Shown piece by piece: positions 16,037 to 25,254 of a DNA stretch of 40,350 nt (within the stretch, counting starts at the first letter, position 1; each line of letters begins with the position of its first letter). Both the position numbers and the translations under genes were made by a program. Source of the stretch: a virus; the IMG/VR virus record IMGVR_UViG_3300037419_000544; one strand, 5' to 3'. The notes beneath the pieces are model-generated. The model searched no databases. It saw only the letters and a program-made list of their open reading frames with translations, and was not told where the DNA came from.

Positions 16037-16043
16037 TGAACCA

Positions 16044-16068
16044 AGCCCCTTCGGGGGCTTTCTTCTTG
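16044..16068 (+). terminator. UUCG-tetraloop terminator/attenuator after the coat gene
   Basis: AGCCCC-TTCG-GGGGCT followed by TTCTTCTT. Confidence 0.6.
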
Positions 16069-16081
16069 AAAGGAACAGATC

Positions 16082-16459
16082 ATGTCTTCTACCAATCCTG
16101 GACCGGCCCAGACCACGACGAACAACACGTCGATTGGGCTTGGCAATACGACCCTTGACCTGTTGATGCAGGCGGCCCTCACCCCTTCGGCGGTGTCCGC
16201 CAACACCACGGCCGAACAGACCTTCACCGTCACCGGCCTGCAAGTCGGCGACATGGTTGCGGGGATCAACAAGCCCACTGCTCAGGCTGGCCTCGGCATC
16301 GTGGGCATGCGAGTCTCGGCAGCGAACACGCTGGCGATCACGTTCAGCAACAACACTGCTGGCAGTATCACGCCGACTGCTGGTGAGACGTACGTCTTCC
16401 AGATCGTTCGCCCGATGCCGCAATACGTGGGCTCGCTGCCGACCTCGCTGCCGCTGTAA
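16082..16459 (+). CDS. Small virion protein, possible capsid decoration protein
   Basis: Position after the coat gene. T/S/N/A-rich beta-type sequence. Confidence 0.45.
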   Translation: MSSTNPGPAQTTTNNTSIGLGNTTLDLLMQAALTPSAVSANTTAEQTFTVTGLQVGDMVAGINKPTAQAGLGIVGMRVSAANTLAITFSNNTAGSITPTAGETYVFQIVRPMPQYVGSLPTSLPL

Positions 16460-16475
16460 GAGGAATCCCCGGGCC

Positions 16476-17216
16476 ATGTCGAACGATCCGACCACCAAGA
16501 CCGCACTCGACCTCATCACGGGTGCGCTGCGCAAGATCGGTCAATATGCGCCCGGGGAGACGCTTTCCTCCGAAGACTCTCAGGATGCGCTCGACACGCT
16601 CAACGGCATGTTGGACTTGTGGAGCGCGCAGCATCTGAGCGTGTTCAACCAGATCGAAACCGTCAAGACGCTCACGGCGGGGCAAGCTAGCTACACCGTT
16701 GGCCTGACCGGCGACTTCAATATTGAGCGCCCTCTGAATCTGGTTCGTGCGTATAGCCGGCTGACTACCGGCAACGGTGGCGTTGATTTCCCGTGCTCCA
16801 TCGTCACACTGGAGAAGTATTCGGCGATCGGCATCAAGAGCCAGCCGGGCCCGTGGCCTAAGATGGTGTACTACAACACCGGCTACCCGCTGGGGACGCT
16901 GAACTTCTGGCCGGTCCCATCTCAGGGGGTGGAGTTTCACCTGTGGTCCGATCAGGTGTTCACCTCTCTCAATCTCGCGGACCCGCTCTCCATGCCGCGC
17001 GGCTACTTCATGGGGCTGCAATACAGCCTGTCTGAGATGCTGTGCGCGGAATACGGGATGCCCATCCCTCCCGACATCCGCAGACTGGCAAGGCAGTTCC
17101 GGGACGCGATCAAGAGCCTCAACGCGAACCCGCAGGCGGAAACCTCGATGGATTCGGCTTTGGTGAATACCTCCGGCAGTGACGCCGGGTTCATCCTGCA
17201 TGGAGGGTTCCAGTAA
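16476..17216 (+). CDS. Head-completion / tail adaptor protein (P22 gp4-like)
   Basis: ALDLITGALRKIGQYAPGETLSSEDSQDALDTLNGMLDLW parallels P22 gp4 [40 protein letters not shown]. Confidence 0.75.
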   Translation: MSNDPTTKTALDLITGALRKIGQYAPGETLSSEDSQDALDTLNGMLDLWSAQHLSVFNQIETVKTLTAGQASYTVGLTGDFNIERPLNLVRAYSRLTTGNGGVDFPCSIVTLEKYSAIGIKSQPGPWPKMVYYNTGYPLGTLNFWPVPSQGVEFHLWSDQVFTSLNLADPLSMPRGYFMGLQYSLSEMLCAEYGMPIPPDIRRLARQFRDAIKSLNANPQAETSMDSALVNTSGSDAGFILHGGFQ

Positions 17217-18715
17217 TGGCGCAGTGGGGATTCGTCGGTCCTGCATACCAGGCTGCGAACCCGGGGCAGGACAACCAGGCGCTTATCAACTGGTTCGTTG
17301 AAATCGACCCCAACGAGCCGAATCCGCAGGAGCCCGCCTATAACTTGGCTGAGGCGAAGACCGCCGTTGGCCTGCTTGGTGTTCCTGGTCTGGTTGCGCT
17401 GAACAGCAGCTATACCGGCGAGGTTCGCGGGGTGTGCGTGCTGCCCGGAGGAACGCAGGCGGTCTTTGTGATCGGTGCGAGCGCTGTGCTTGTGACGATC
17501 AGCGCAAGGGGTAGCATTGCGTCAGCGACTGCAATCGGCACGCTGGATAGCGTGTCCGGGCGCGTCAACATCCGCGACAACGGAGTCGGGAAGATCGTCG
17601 CCATTGTGGACGGGGTGAGCCTGTACGTCTACAACCTGGCAACCTCTTCGTTCTCGAAATCTACCGACCCGGCAGTATCCCTTCCGACGAACATCGCAGA
17701 GATTGACGGATGGTTCGTCTTCAATCAGGCCGGCTCGCAGAAGTTCTACACGTCTCCGAACTACTGGGACGGCTCTGCGGCGTTCGATGCATCGTTTTTT
17801 GCCTTGAAGGACAACGCGCCGGACAATCTGGTGACTCTCATTGAGAACAGGCGCGAGCTGTGGCTGCTCGGGGAGAACACTACCGAGCCGTGGTTTAACG
17901 CAGGCGGAACGAATTTCCCGTTCTCTCGCATCGAGAGCACGCTCATGCAGATCGGCTGTGCAGCCGCGCAATCGGTAGCGCGCACCGGGAAAGGTCTGAT
18001 CTGGCTGGCTAAGTCTGAGCGGGGCGGCAACAGCGTGGTAGCAACGCAAGGGTATGACTACTACGTAGTCAGCACGCCAGCGGTTTCGTGGGCGCTGAAC
18101 CAGTACGAAGACGTGTCCGATGCCATCGGCTACACGTACACGGAGGAAGGGCATGAGTTCTATGTCCTGATCCTCCCTTCAGCGGACGTGACATGGTGCT
18201 ATGACTTGACGACGCAGCTGTGGCATCAGCGAGCTTCCTTCGACCCATTGACCGGCCTGTTTCATCGCCAGCGCGCGAATTGCCTTGCCTACATGGGTGG
18301 AATGCAAGTGGCCGGAGACTATACGAACGGCAAGCTCTATTGGCAGACTCGCACCGCCTACGCTGATGATGCCTATCCGCTGGTCGCGGTGCGCCGCGCC
18401 CCTCAGGTCTGGGACAAGAACAATCGTGCGCGGGTCGTGCACTCAAGGCTGCAAATCGACTTCTTCCCAGGCGTTGGGTTGGTGTCCGGTCAGGGCTCGG
18501 ACCCCCAAGCCATACTTACGTGGTCGGATGACGGCGGGCAGACCTTCGGAAACGAGCATTTGGCCCCCATTGGCAAGCAGGGGGAGACAAAGAACCGTGC
18601 AATTTGGCGGCGTCTAGGGTCCTCTAGGGATCGTGTTTATGAGGTGCGCGTCTCTGACCCCGTGAAGAGGGATGTCGCGGGCGCTTCTCTTGTTGTGCAG
18701 GCGACCGGAGCATGA
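17216..18715 (+). CDS. Packaged-DNA stabilisation / tail hub protein (P22 gp10-like)
   Basis: Size (499 aa), position after the gp4-like gene and beta-propeller-like repeats. C-terminus RAIWRRLGSSRDRVYEVRVSDPV. Confidence 0.65.
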   Translation: MAQWGFVGPAYQAANPGQDNQALINWFVEIDPNEPNPQEPAYNLAEAKTAVGLLGVPGLVALNSSYTGEVRGVCVLPGGTQAVFVIGASAVLVTISARGSIASATAIGTLDSVSGRVNIRDNGVGKIVAIVDGVSLYVYNLATSSFSKSTDPAVSLPTNIAEIDGWFVFNQAGSQKFYTSPNYWDGSAAFDASFFALKDNAPDNLVTLIENRRELWLLGENTTEPWFNAGGTNFPFSRIESTLMQIGCAAAQSVARTGKGLIWLAKSERGGNSVVATQGYDYYVVSTPAVSWALNQYEDVSDAIGYTYTEEGHEFYVLILPSADVTWCYDLTTQLWHQRASFDPLTGLFHRQRANCLAYMGGMQVAGDYTNGKLYWQTRTAYADDAYPLVAVRRAPQVWDKNNRARVVHSRLQIDFFPGVGLVSGQGSDPQAILTWSDDGGQTFGNEHLAPIGKQGETKNRAIWRRLGSSRDRVYEVRVSDPVKRDVAGASLVVQATGA

Positions 18716-19704
18716 GCGGTACCGCATTTCCTCAGATGAGGTTTCTCCTGCCGAATGGAGAAATCTCTCCCGCGTGGCGGTTCTTCTTCCAGAACCTGTA
18801 TCACTTCTCAGGAGGTGGTCTGGCGGCGCTTACTGCGGCAGGAGTAACGTTCTCACCAGCTGGGGCCGTAACGTCATCCGACGTGCAGTCAGCGATTCAG
18901 CAGCTTGACACGCTGAAGGTCCCGACCGGCCGCACTGTCAACGGGCATGCACTGAACGCGGACGTGTCGCTGACGGCTACGGATGTTGGGGCCCCCTCTG
19001 GATCTGGAACCAGCACCGGGACGAATACGGGCGATCAGGACCTGTCTGGACTAGTTACAAAGACGACGACCGTCAACGGGCATGCGCTGTCATCCAACGT
19101 GACGGTAACTGCCTCGGATGTGGGTCTGGGAAGCGTGACGAACGACACGCAGACCAAGGCGGCGATTGTCCCGAACACGCTGCCTGCCTCGGGGCAGATT
19201 CTGGTCGGGAACGCGGGAGGAACGGCTTTCGCCCCAGTCGGCATGTCCGGGGACGCGGGTCTGTCCAGCACGGGGGCTATAACGGTTATCAAGCTAAACG
19301 GCATCGCGGTCAGTTTGGCTGGAAGCCTGACGACCTCTGGCGCGTTTGCTTCGACCTTCACCATGACCGGGGTTACGTCGGTGACGTTCCCGACATCCGG
19401 GACGCTGGCGACTCTTGCCGGGTCTGAGACGCTGACGAACAAGACGCTGACCTCCCCGGCAATCAGCGGTGGGTCCATTGACAACACTCCAATCGGAACC
19501 ACGACGCAGAACACGGGGCGATTCACCACGGCCCGCACGAATCCGACTGTTGTGGCATCGCTTCCTTCCGCAGCTACTGCTGGAGGGGGTACCAGATCGT
19601 TCGTTACGGATGCCACCGCGACGACCTTTTTGAGCGTGGTTGCCGGTGGAGGCACAAACAAGGTTCCTGTCATCAGTGATGGAACGAACTGGCTGATTGG
19701 TTGA
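18712..19704 (+). CDS. Tail needle-position fibre protein with phage tail-fibre repeats
   Basis: Two copies of TVNGHAL-x3-V-x-[LV]TA-x-DVG. Gly/Thr/Ser-rich. Sits at the gp26 position in P22 order. Confidence 0.65.
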   Translation: MSGTAFPQMRFLLPNGEISPAWRFFFQNLYHFSGGGLAALTAAGVTFSPAGAVTSSDVQSAIQQLDTLKVPTGRTVNGHALNADVSLTATDVGAPSGSGTSTGTNTGDQDLSGLVTKTTTVNGHALSSNVTVTASDVGLGSVTNDTQTKAAIVPNTLPASGQILVGNAGGTAFAPVGMSGDAGLSSTGAITVIKLNGIAVSLAGSLTTSGAFASTFTMTGVTSVTFPTSGTLATLAGSETLTNKTLTSPAISGGSIDNTPIGTTTQNTGRFTTARTNPTVVASLPSAATAGGGTRSFVTDATATTFLSVVAGGGTNKVPVISDGTNWLIG

Positions 19705-20000
19705 TGGCCTACAAATCCCCGGTCTGCGTTCGTGACGAGTACACGATCTATCTACAAGACATCGAGGGGACGTGCTGGGTGCACTGTGACGTGCGCAGGT
19801 GGTCTGCGGTTGTGTGCAGGCGGCTTCGATCTGATTGGGACGCCCTCTTTGGACTGCTTGGTCGCCCGGCTTTCGCTCTGAACGAGCCGACCGGAGATGA
19901 GAAGCATCAGCGGTTCATGCGGCTAATGGGATTTGAATTCTTCAGGACACTTCCTGCCAAGGACGGCGGCGAGTGCATCGTTTTCCGCAGGGAGAAATAA
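19701..20000 (+). CDS. Hypothetical virion-module protein (P22 gp14 position); start is TTG 19701 or ATG 19704
   Basis: Overlaps the upstream stop (TTGATG). Confidence 0.5.
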   Translation: MMAYKSPVCVRDEYTIYLQDIEGTCWVHCDVRRWSAVVCRRLRSDWDALFGLLGRPAFALNEPTGDEKHQRFMRLMGFEFFRTLPAKDGGECIVFRREK

Positions 20001-21101
20001 GTGGGACTTGATCCGTTCACGATACTGGCGGGCGCCACCGTCGCGGGCGGCCTGCTGGGCGCTGGGGCCGCCAGCAGCGCTGCGGACACCCAGGCCGGAG
20101 CCGCGAACAACGCCACCCAGGCCCAGCGGGACATGTTCAACACTACGGTTGGACTGGAGTCTCCGTTTCGCGAACTTGGCCTAGGGGCTGGTCAGAAGCT
20201 CTCCTATCTTCTTGGGATAGGCCCTCAGACCTCGATTACCCCGGGTGTTCCGATTGGATCTGGGATTGCGCCCGGGTCATCCTCTACTCCGGTTGCCTCC
20301 ACTGGAGCACTTGCGGTTCCCATTGGGGGCGGTTCTCCCCAATCGGCTGCTTCCGAGAATGACCTAGCGACGGCATTCATCAACAGCAACCCGATACTCA
20401 ACAAGATCCACTCCCATTACACCGGATCGCTGTCTCCGGCGGCGTGGCTGGATGCTCAGGGAGAGGAAATTCCGGGGGGCGCAGGCTGGCGATCCAACGC
20501 CTCCGCTCTTGCCCCAGCGGCTGCGGCGAATCCTGCTCCTTCCACTGCGCCGACTGCCTTTACGCCCGCTCCGGCTTCGGAGGCATCTGGTGGGCAGGGC
20601 TTCGGGTCGCTTCTGAAGCCGTTTGGCCTGGAAGATTTCCAGCTAGACCCCGGCATCCAGTTCCAGATGAAGCAGGGCCAGCAGGCGCTGCAAAACTCTC
20701 AAGCCGCGAAGGACGGTGTTCTCTCTGGTGCGGCCCTGAAGGATCTCATGACCTTCAATCAGGGGATGGCTGGGACAGGTTACCAATCCGCCTTTGATCG
20801 CTACATGGCGAACAAGAGTTTCACGCTTGGCTCATTGATGGATGTTCTGAACACCGGGCAGGCGGCAGCGGGGAATCTGACGAGCGCAGCGCCGGGTTTT
20901 TCGTCCGGGATCGCCGGCTCCATCATGGGGGCAGGGAATGCCTCGGCAGCTGGCACCATCGGGACGGCAAACGCGCTCTCCGGTGGCCTGAGTGGCGTTG
21001 GAAATTCGTATCTCCTTAGCAGCCTACTCAAAGGCGGTGGCATGAACACCCCCGGTGGGGGCGTCATCAATGACGGTGTCGGACTCGCAAATTTCGCCTA
21101 A
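20001..21101 (+). CDS. Internal virion / ejection protein (P22 gp7 position)
   Basis: GTG start after GGGAGA. Gly/Ala-rich ends. Synteny. Confidence 0.55.
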   Translation: MGLDPFTILAGATVAGGLLGAGAASSAADTQAGAANNATQAQRDMFNTTVGLESPFRELGLGAGQKLSYLLGIGPQTSITPGVPIGSGIAPGSSSTPVASTGALAVPIGGGSPQSAASENDLATAFINSNPILNKIHSHYTGSLSPAAWLDAQGEEIPGGAGWRSNASALAPAAAANPAPSTAPTAFTPAPASEASGGQGFGSLLKPFGLEDFQLDPGIQFQMKQGQQALQNSQAAKDGVLSGAALKDLMTFNQGMAGTGYQSAFDRYMANKSFTLGSLMDVLNTGQAAAGNLTSAAPGFSSGIAGSIMGAGNASAAGTIGTANALSGGLSGVGNSYLLSSLLKGGGMNTPGGGVINDGVGLANFA

Positions 21102-21104
21102 GCC

Positions 21105-22577
21105 ATGCCCGGAATCGACCCCACTATCGCCCTCGGCTTCAAGCAGCCGGACTCGACGCAGCAGCTTTCGGGGCTGCTGAACATTGCCAATAGCGTACAG
21201 ACGTTGCAGCAAAACCAGCAGCGAGCGCAGCAGGGTCAAATCGACCTGCAGGAACGCCAGGCCATGCAGGGCGTGCTGTCCGACCCCGCGAACTACACCG
21301 ACGATCAGGGAAATTTCGACCTGCAAAAGGCCCAGGGCGCGATCATGAAGGTTGCGCCCACCACGGGTACCAGGTACGTCACGGAGCTGGCGAACGCGCA
21401 TCGGGCCTCCACGCAGGCGACGCAGGCGCTCAATTCGCTCACGGCCGAGAACCGCTCGCAGATCGGCGCGACGCTCTCCTCTCTGCCTGAGGACGCTACT
21501 CCGGAGCTTGTCGGGAAGACGGTGGACGCTCTAGGCAAGCAATACGGCGGGCGTATCGACCCGCTGGTGTCCATCTTCAAGCAACAGTACGAGACGGCTG
21601 TCAAGCAAGGCGGCCCTCAGGCTGGTCGTGCATTCATCCTGCAATCGGCGCGGTCTGTGCTGCCTCAGGAGACGCAACAGGCCATGGCAACCCCTGGCGG
21701 TGTGCCGTTTAACACCGGCACTCAATCAGGCGTCATCAGCACCAAGCCCGGGACCTCCGTACCTCCAGGCCAGCAGTTTGCCGTCACGCAAAACCAAGTC
21801 GCGCCGTCCGGTCAGGAATCGGTCGATACGGATGCCCAGGGCAATAAGTTCGTCGTCACGCGAACGCCGAGCGGGGCGATTGTAGGAACCAGACCGCTTC
21901 AAAGCTCCAATCCATCCGCTCCCGGCCCGTTCACCATCCCGCCGAACGAGTCCCCCCAGACCTATGCAGCCCTGCAAGATGAGCGGGCGGCAGCTAAGAA
22001 CGCTGCCACTGGTGCTCCGGTGCTCCATGACGTGAACCGCACGATCATTGCGGAGGCTAACAAGGGATTCAGCACAGGCACCCTCGGTGCATGGACGCAA
22101 AAGCTCGCCAGCGCCACGGGTTACCAACTCGGGCCGAATGAGAACGCCACGGATTACAACGTGCTTGGGAAGATGCTGGAGCGCTCTGCTTTGCAGGCCG
22201 CCGCATCCATGGGGCCTCACACCAATGCGGGCCTTGAGGCTGCTGTCCGCGCGAACGGCTCGCTCGATTACACGCCTACCGCCATCAAGAAGATTGCTCG
22301 CCTAAACGATGCACTCGTCAGCGGCGCTGAGCTATATCAGCGCGGTCTGGAGAATGCCATCTCCGGCAGCAAGGACGGCGTATTCGCCAAGCGCCAATTC
22401 GATCAGGAATGGGCCAGGGTCGCCACGCCGCAGGCCCTTCGGCTGAAAAACGCCGTCGATACTGGCGACCGCGAGGATATCGATGCCATCGTCAAGGAGG
22501 TGGGAGGCAGAGGGTCCAAGGGGGCGCAAGCGCTGCACTCGCAGCTTCGCAAGCTGATTCAACTCTCTGGACAGTGA
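21105..22577 (+). CDS. Internal virion / ejection protein (P22 gp20 position)
   Basis: 490 aa, Q-rich. Synteny. Confidence 0.55.
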   Translation: MPGIDPTIALGFKQPDSTQQLSGLLNIANSVQTLQQNQQRAQQGQIDLQERQAMQGVLSDPANYTDDQGNFDLQKAQGAIMKVAPTTGTRYVTELANAHRASTQATQALNSLTAENRSQIGATLSSLPEDATPELVGKTVDALGKQYGGRIDPLVSIFKQQYETAVKQGGPQAGRAFILQSARSVLPQETQQAMATPGGVPFNTGTQSGVISTKPGTSVPPGQQFAVTQNQVAPSGQESVDTDAQGNKFVVTRTPSGAIVGTRPLQSSNPSAPGPFTIPPNESPQTYAALQDERAAAKNAATGAPVLHDVNRTIIAEANKGFSTGTLGAWTQKLASATGYQLGPNENATDYNVLGKMLERSALQAAASMGPHTNAGLEAAVRANGSLDYTPTAIKKIARLNDALVSGAELYQRGLENAISGSKDGVFAKRQFDQEWARVATPQALRLKNAVDTGDREDIDAIVKEVGGRGSKGAQALHSQLRKLIQLSGQ

Positions 22578-25042
22578 TGGACGCCTACGCAGACGCTCTC
22601 GGGGTTGCCGACAAGCCCAAGACGGTTGTCCCGCCTGAAGTGCTGGATGGACTGCGCCAGGTGGAAAGCAGCGGTAACGCCCTCGCAGTCAATCCACAGA
22701 CCGGTGCCATGGGCCCTTATCAGTTCATGCCCGGCACGGTGGCGATGCTGCGCAAACAGGGGGTGAAGTTCGACCCGTTCGATGAGAACGAGTCGCGCGC
22801 TGCCGCTGAAAGCTACCTTGGTCAGTTGATCGAAAATAACGGCGGGGACATCCGCAAGGCTCTCGGCCAGTACGGCGGCTTCGTCACCAAGGACCCGACC
22901 GCGTATGTGGATAAAGTGCTAACCGCCTCAAAGGCTTCCGCTCCTGCCACCGCCTCCGCTTCTGCGGACCCGTATGGTGAAGCACTCGGAATCGGCGGCA
23001 AACCGCAGACCGTTGCGACCACCTCCCAGCCGATTCAGCAGCCCGCCAAGCCTGCGCCCAAGCAGGCTCCCGTCCTGCACGAGCCTTCGCAGGTTGACGC
23101 TGGATTCGACCGGCTCAGCTCCTCGGCTGGCACGTTCATAACGGGGTTGGGGGCCAACATCGTCGGCGGATACAAGGGGCTGGCAACGCTTCTAACCGCG
23201 CCCATGGGGCACAAGCTGGAGGATGCCGGTAACGCAGTGACAGAGTACGTGAATCAGCACACGCACCAAGAAGGCACGCCGGAAAGTTTCGGCAGCCCGC
23301 TTAACCCGATCAATGCTCCGGGGGCTGTGTTGGACGCCGCCTCTGACCGCATCGCTGACAACTACGGCCCTGTGGCCGGCACGGTAGCCAAGACGGCCGG
23401 CAATGCCGCCTTGCTGGCGCTTGGCGTGCGGGGAAGGGCTGGGACTGCTCCGGTGGAGGTCGGCCCCAGCCGTCCGGGAACGGGAATCTATCGTCCTGTG
23501 CAGGGCATGCCGCAGGTGACGATTCCCGCTCCGGGCGAGCCCGGTCCTGTCGTTCCGCAGCCGATGCCCAAGCAGCCGGCCCCTGCGACTGCCGCAACAG
23601 CTCCCGCAGCGTCTCCTGCGGCCACGTACGCCCCGCCTCCGGCTCCGGGCAAGGTGACGATGCCGCAGCCGCTTCCGACGACTCCTGAGGGGATTGCGGC
23701 AGTCGCGCAAAAGGCGCCCTCGCAGCTTTTCCCCGAGACGCCCACGGTCGCTGCAGGAGGAAAGTTCACCCCCGCCGAACAAATGGAGCGCGCCCGCATC
23801 CTCAAGAGCGTGGGTATCGAGGATGCGCGTAACAGCGCTCTCACCGGGGATGCTATTGGCGGCTCGACCGACTTCCAGACGTCCAAGGTGGATAGCCCCG
23901 CCGGTCGACAAATGAAGGCGGTCATCGAGGGCGAGAAGCAGGCCCTTGTCACGCACGCCGACAGCCTGATCCAGAACACGGGTGGAACGCACGGTGTAGA
24001 TCAATCGGCCCTGCTGGCGCGCGGCAACACCATCATCGCACCGCTGGATGGCCTGAAGCAGTGGTTCGACAACAATATCCGTGGCCTCTACCAAGCCGCC
24101 GACGAGCGCGCCAAAGGAGTGCCGACCACGCTGGAGAACTTCAAGTCAGTTCTCGGGGACGCCTCCGAACTCACCAACTCCGACCGCGTACACCTTCAGG
24201 GCGCCGTGAATGCGTATCTGAAGAAGCTCGGAATGGTGGGGGAGGATGGCAGCATTTCCGGCAACGCGCAGGCTGCGGAGACGGTGCGCAAGTACCTCAA
24301 CGAGCAGTGGAGCCCGCAGAACAGCAAATGGGTCGGCAAGCTCAAGGACGCCCTTGACGATGACGTGACAAAGTCTGCGGGCGAGGACATCTACGCGCAG
24401 GCGCGCCAAGTTCGCGCCCTTCGTGGTGCCACGCTGGACGACCCCAATGGCATCGCCAAGCTGATGGACGCCTCTGGACCGGAGGGGATCAACCGCGCCG
24501 TTGCCACCGAGAAGATAGCCGATTCGGTGACTGGCATGCCGGTCGCCCAGTTCTCCCACATCGTCAAGACACTTCGTGAAGTGCCCGACGAGCTCCAGCC
24601 GCAATCGCAGGCCGCGCTTGCTGAAATCAAGGCGCAGTTCGCCAACAAGGTGCAAGCCATCGGCTCGTCCCAGCAAGGCCAGTGGAACGCCAAGGGCGTG
24701 ACGAAGTACCTGCAGAACAACGCCGCCCGGATGGCGCAGATATTCACGCCCGAGGAAATCGCTGCGTTCCGCAACCTGAATGACGCGGGCCACATCGTGG
24801 CGAAGGACCAGAGCTACCCGGGCGCGGCGGTGCAGGCCCACAACCTTGTCACGCAAGGGACGATGCATGCCCTGCCAACAGCGGGTGCAGCGGCCGGGGG
24901 GTTCATCGGCGGCCCGGTGGGTGCGGCGGTGGGCGCTGCTGCCGGAAAGATGGCCGCAGGAGCGGTGGAGAACGCCGCGACGCTGCGCGCTGTGCGAAAG
25001 AGAACGACGAAGCTCTCAGACCTCCTCAGGGCCGGGCAGTAG
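22577..25042 (+). CDS. Internal virion / ejection protein with N-terminal lytic transglycosylase (SLT) domain (P22 gp16 position)
   Basis: LRQVESSGNALAVNPQTGAMGPYQFMPGT is the SLT catalytic-Glu motif. ATG overlaps the upstream TGA by 1 nt. Confidence 0.75.
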   Translation: MDAYADALGVADKPKTVVPPEVLDGLRQVESSGNALAVNPQTGAMGPYQFMPGTVAMLRKQGVKFDPFDENESRAAAESYLGQLIENNGGDIRKALGQYGGFVTKDPTAYVDKVLTASKASAPATASASADPYGEALGIGGKPQTVATTSQPIQQPAKPAPKQAPVLHEPSQVDAGFDRLSSSAGTFITGLGANIVGGYKGLATLLTAPMGHKLEDAGNAVTEYVNQHTHQEGTPESFGSPLNPINAPGAVLDAASDRIADNYGPVAGTVAKTAGNAALLALGVRGRAGTAPVEVGPSRPGTGIYRPVQGMPQVTIPAPGEPGPVVPQPMPKQPAPATAATAPAASPAATYAPPPAPGKVTMPQPLPTTPEGIAAVAQKAPSQLFPETPTVAAGGKFTPAEQMERARILKSVGIEDARNSALTGDAIGGSTDFQTSKVDSPAGRQMKAVIEGEKQALVTHADSLIQNTGGTHGVDQSALLARGNTIIAPLDGLKQWFDNNIRGLYQAADERAKGVPTTLENFKSVLGDASELTNSDRVHLQGAVNAYLKKLGMVGEDGSISGNAQAAETVRKYLNEQWSPQNSKWVGKLKDALDDDVTKSAGEDIYAQARQVRALRGATLDDPNGIAKLMDASGPEGINRAVATEKIADSVTGMPVAQFSHIVKTLREVPDELQPQSQAALAEIKAQFANKVQAIGSSQQGQWNAKGVTKYLQNNAARMAQIFTPEEIAAFRNLNDAGHIVAKDQSYPGAAVQAHNLVTQGTMHALPTAGAAAGGFIGGPVGAAVGAAAGKMAAGAVENAATLRAVRKRTTKLSDLLRAGQ

Positions 25043-25195
25043 CTTCTTGGGGTCCTCGTAGAGGACGCGCTTGCTTTCTTCGGCCTCCCACAGGAGGCGG
25101 TCGTATTCCTCCTCGCTGATGTACCGATCTTTGTGATCGGACAGCTTTTTCAGCAGCCAGGAGATTAGAAGCCAGCCGCTGACTGGATCAGACAT
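25016..25195 (-). CDS. Reverse-strand 59-aa moron ORF (MSDPVSGWLLISWLLKKLSDHKDRYISEEEYDRLLWEAEESKRVLYEDPKKLLPGPEEV)
   Basis: Translated by hand. GGAGG lies 4 nt before the ATG. GC3-rich. Below the 60-aa cut-off of the ORF track. Overlaps 27 nt of the convergent upstream gene. Confidence 0.5.
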   Translation of the reverse strand: MSDPVSGWLLISWLLKKLSDHKDRYISEEEYDRLLWEAEESKRVLYEDPKKLLPGPEEV

Positions 25196-25207
25196 TTCGC
25201 CTCCAAG

Positions 25208-25229
25208 GCCGCCACCGGGCGGCTTTTTT
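25208..25229 (+). terminator. Strong intrinsic terminator just upstream of the tailspike gene
   Basis: GCCGCC-ACCG-GGCGGC followed by TTTTTTGTTTTG. Confidence 0.8.
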
Positions 25230-25254
25230 GTTTTGTAACACGAAAAGGGTAGAC

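Noticed and set aside
14678-16534. 618-aa minus-strand ORF antisense to the coat and decoration genes. Similar long shadow ORFs occur at 2609..3799(-), 8172..8873(-), 9445..10320(-), 12830..13942(-), 13884..14681(-), 23192..24094(-), 25165..26169(-), 26623..27471(-), 35869..36789(+) and 36642..37358(+).
   Set aside because: These are typical stop-poor antisense frames of GC-rich DNA. Their products are Arg/Gly/His/Val-rich low-complexity. They lack RBSs and lie opposite genes with clear family motifs and translational coupling.
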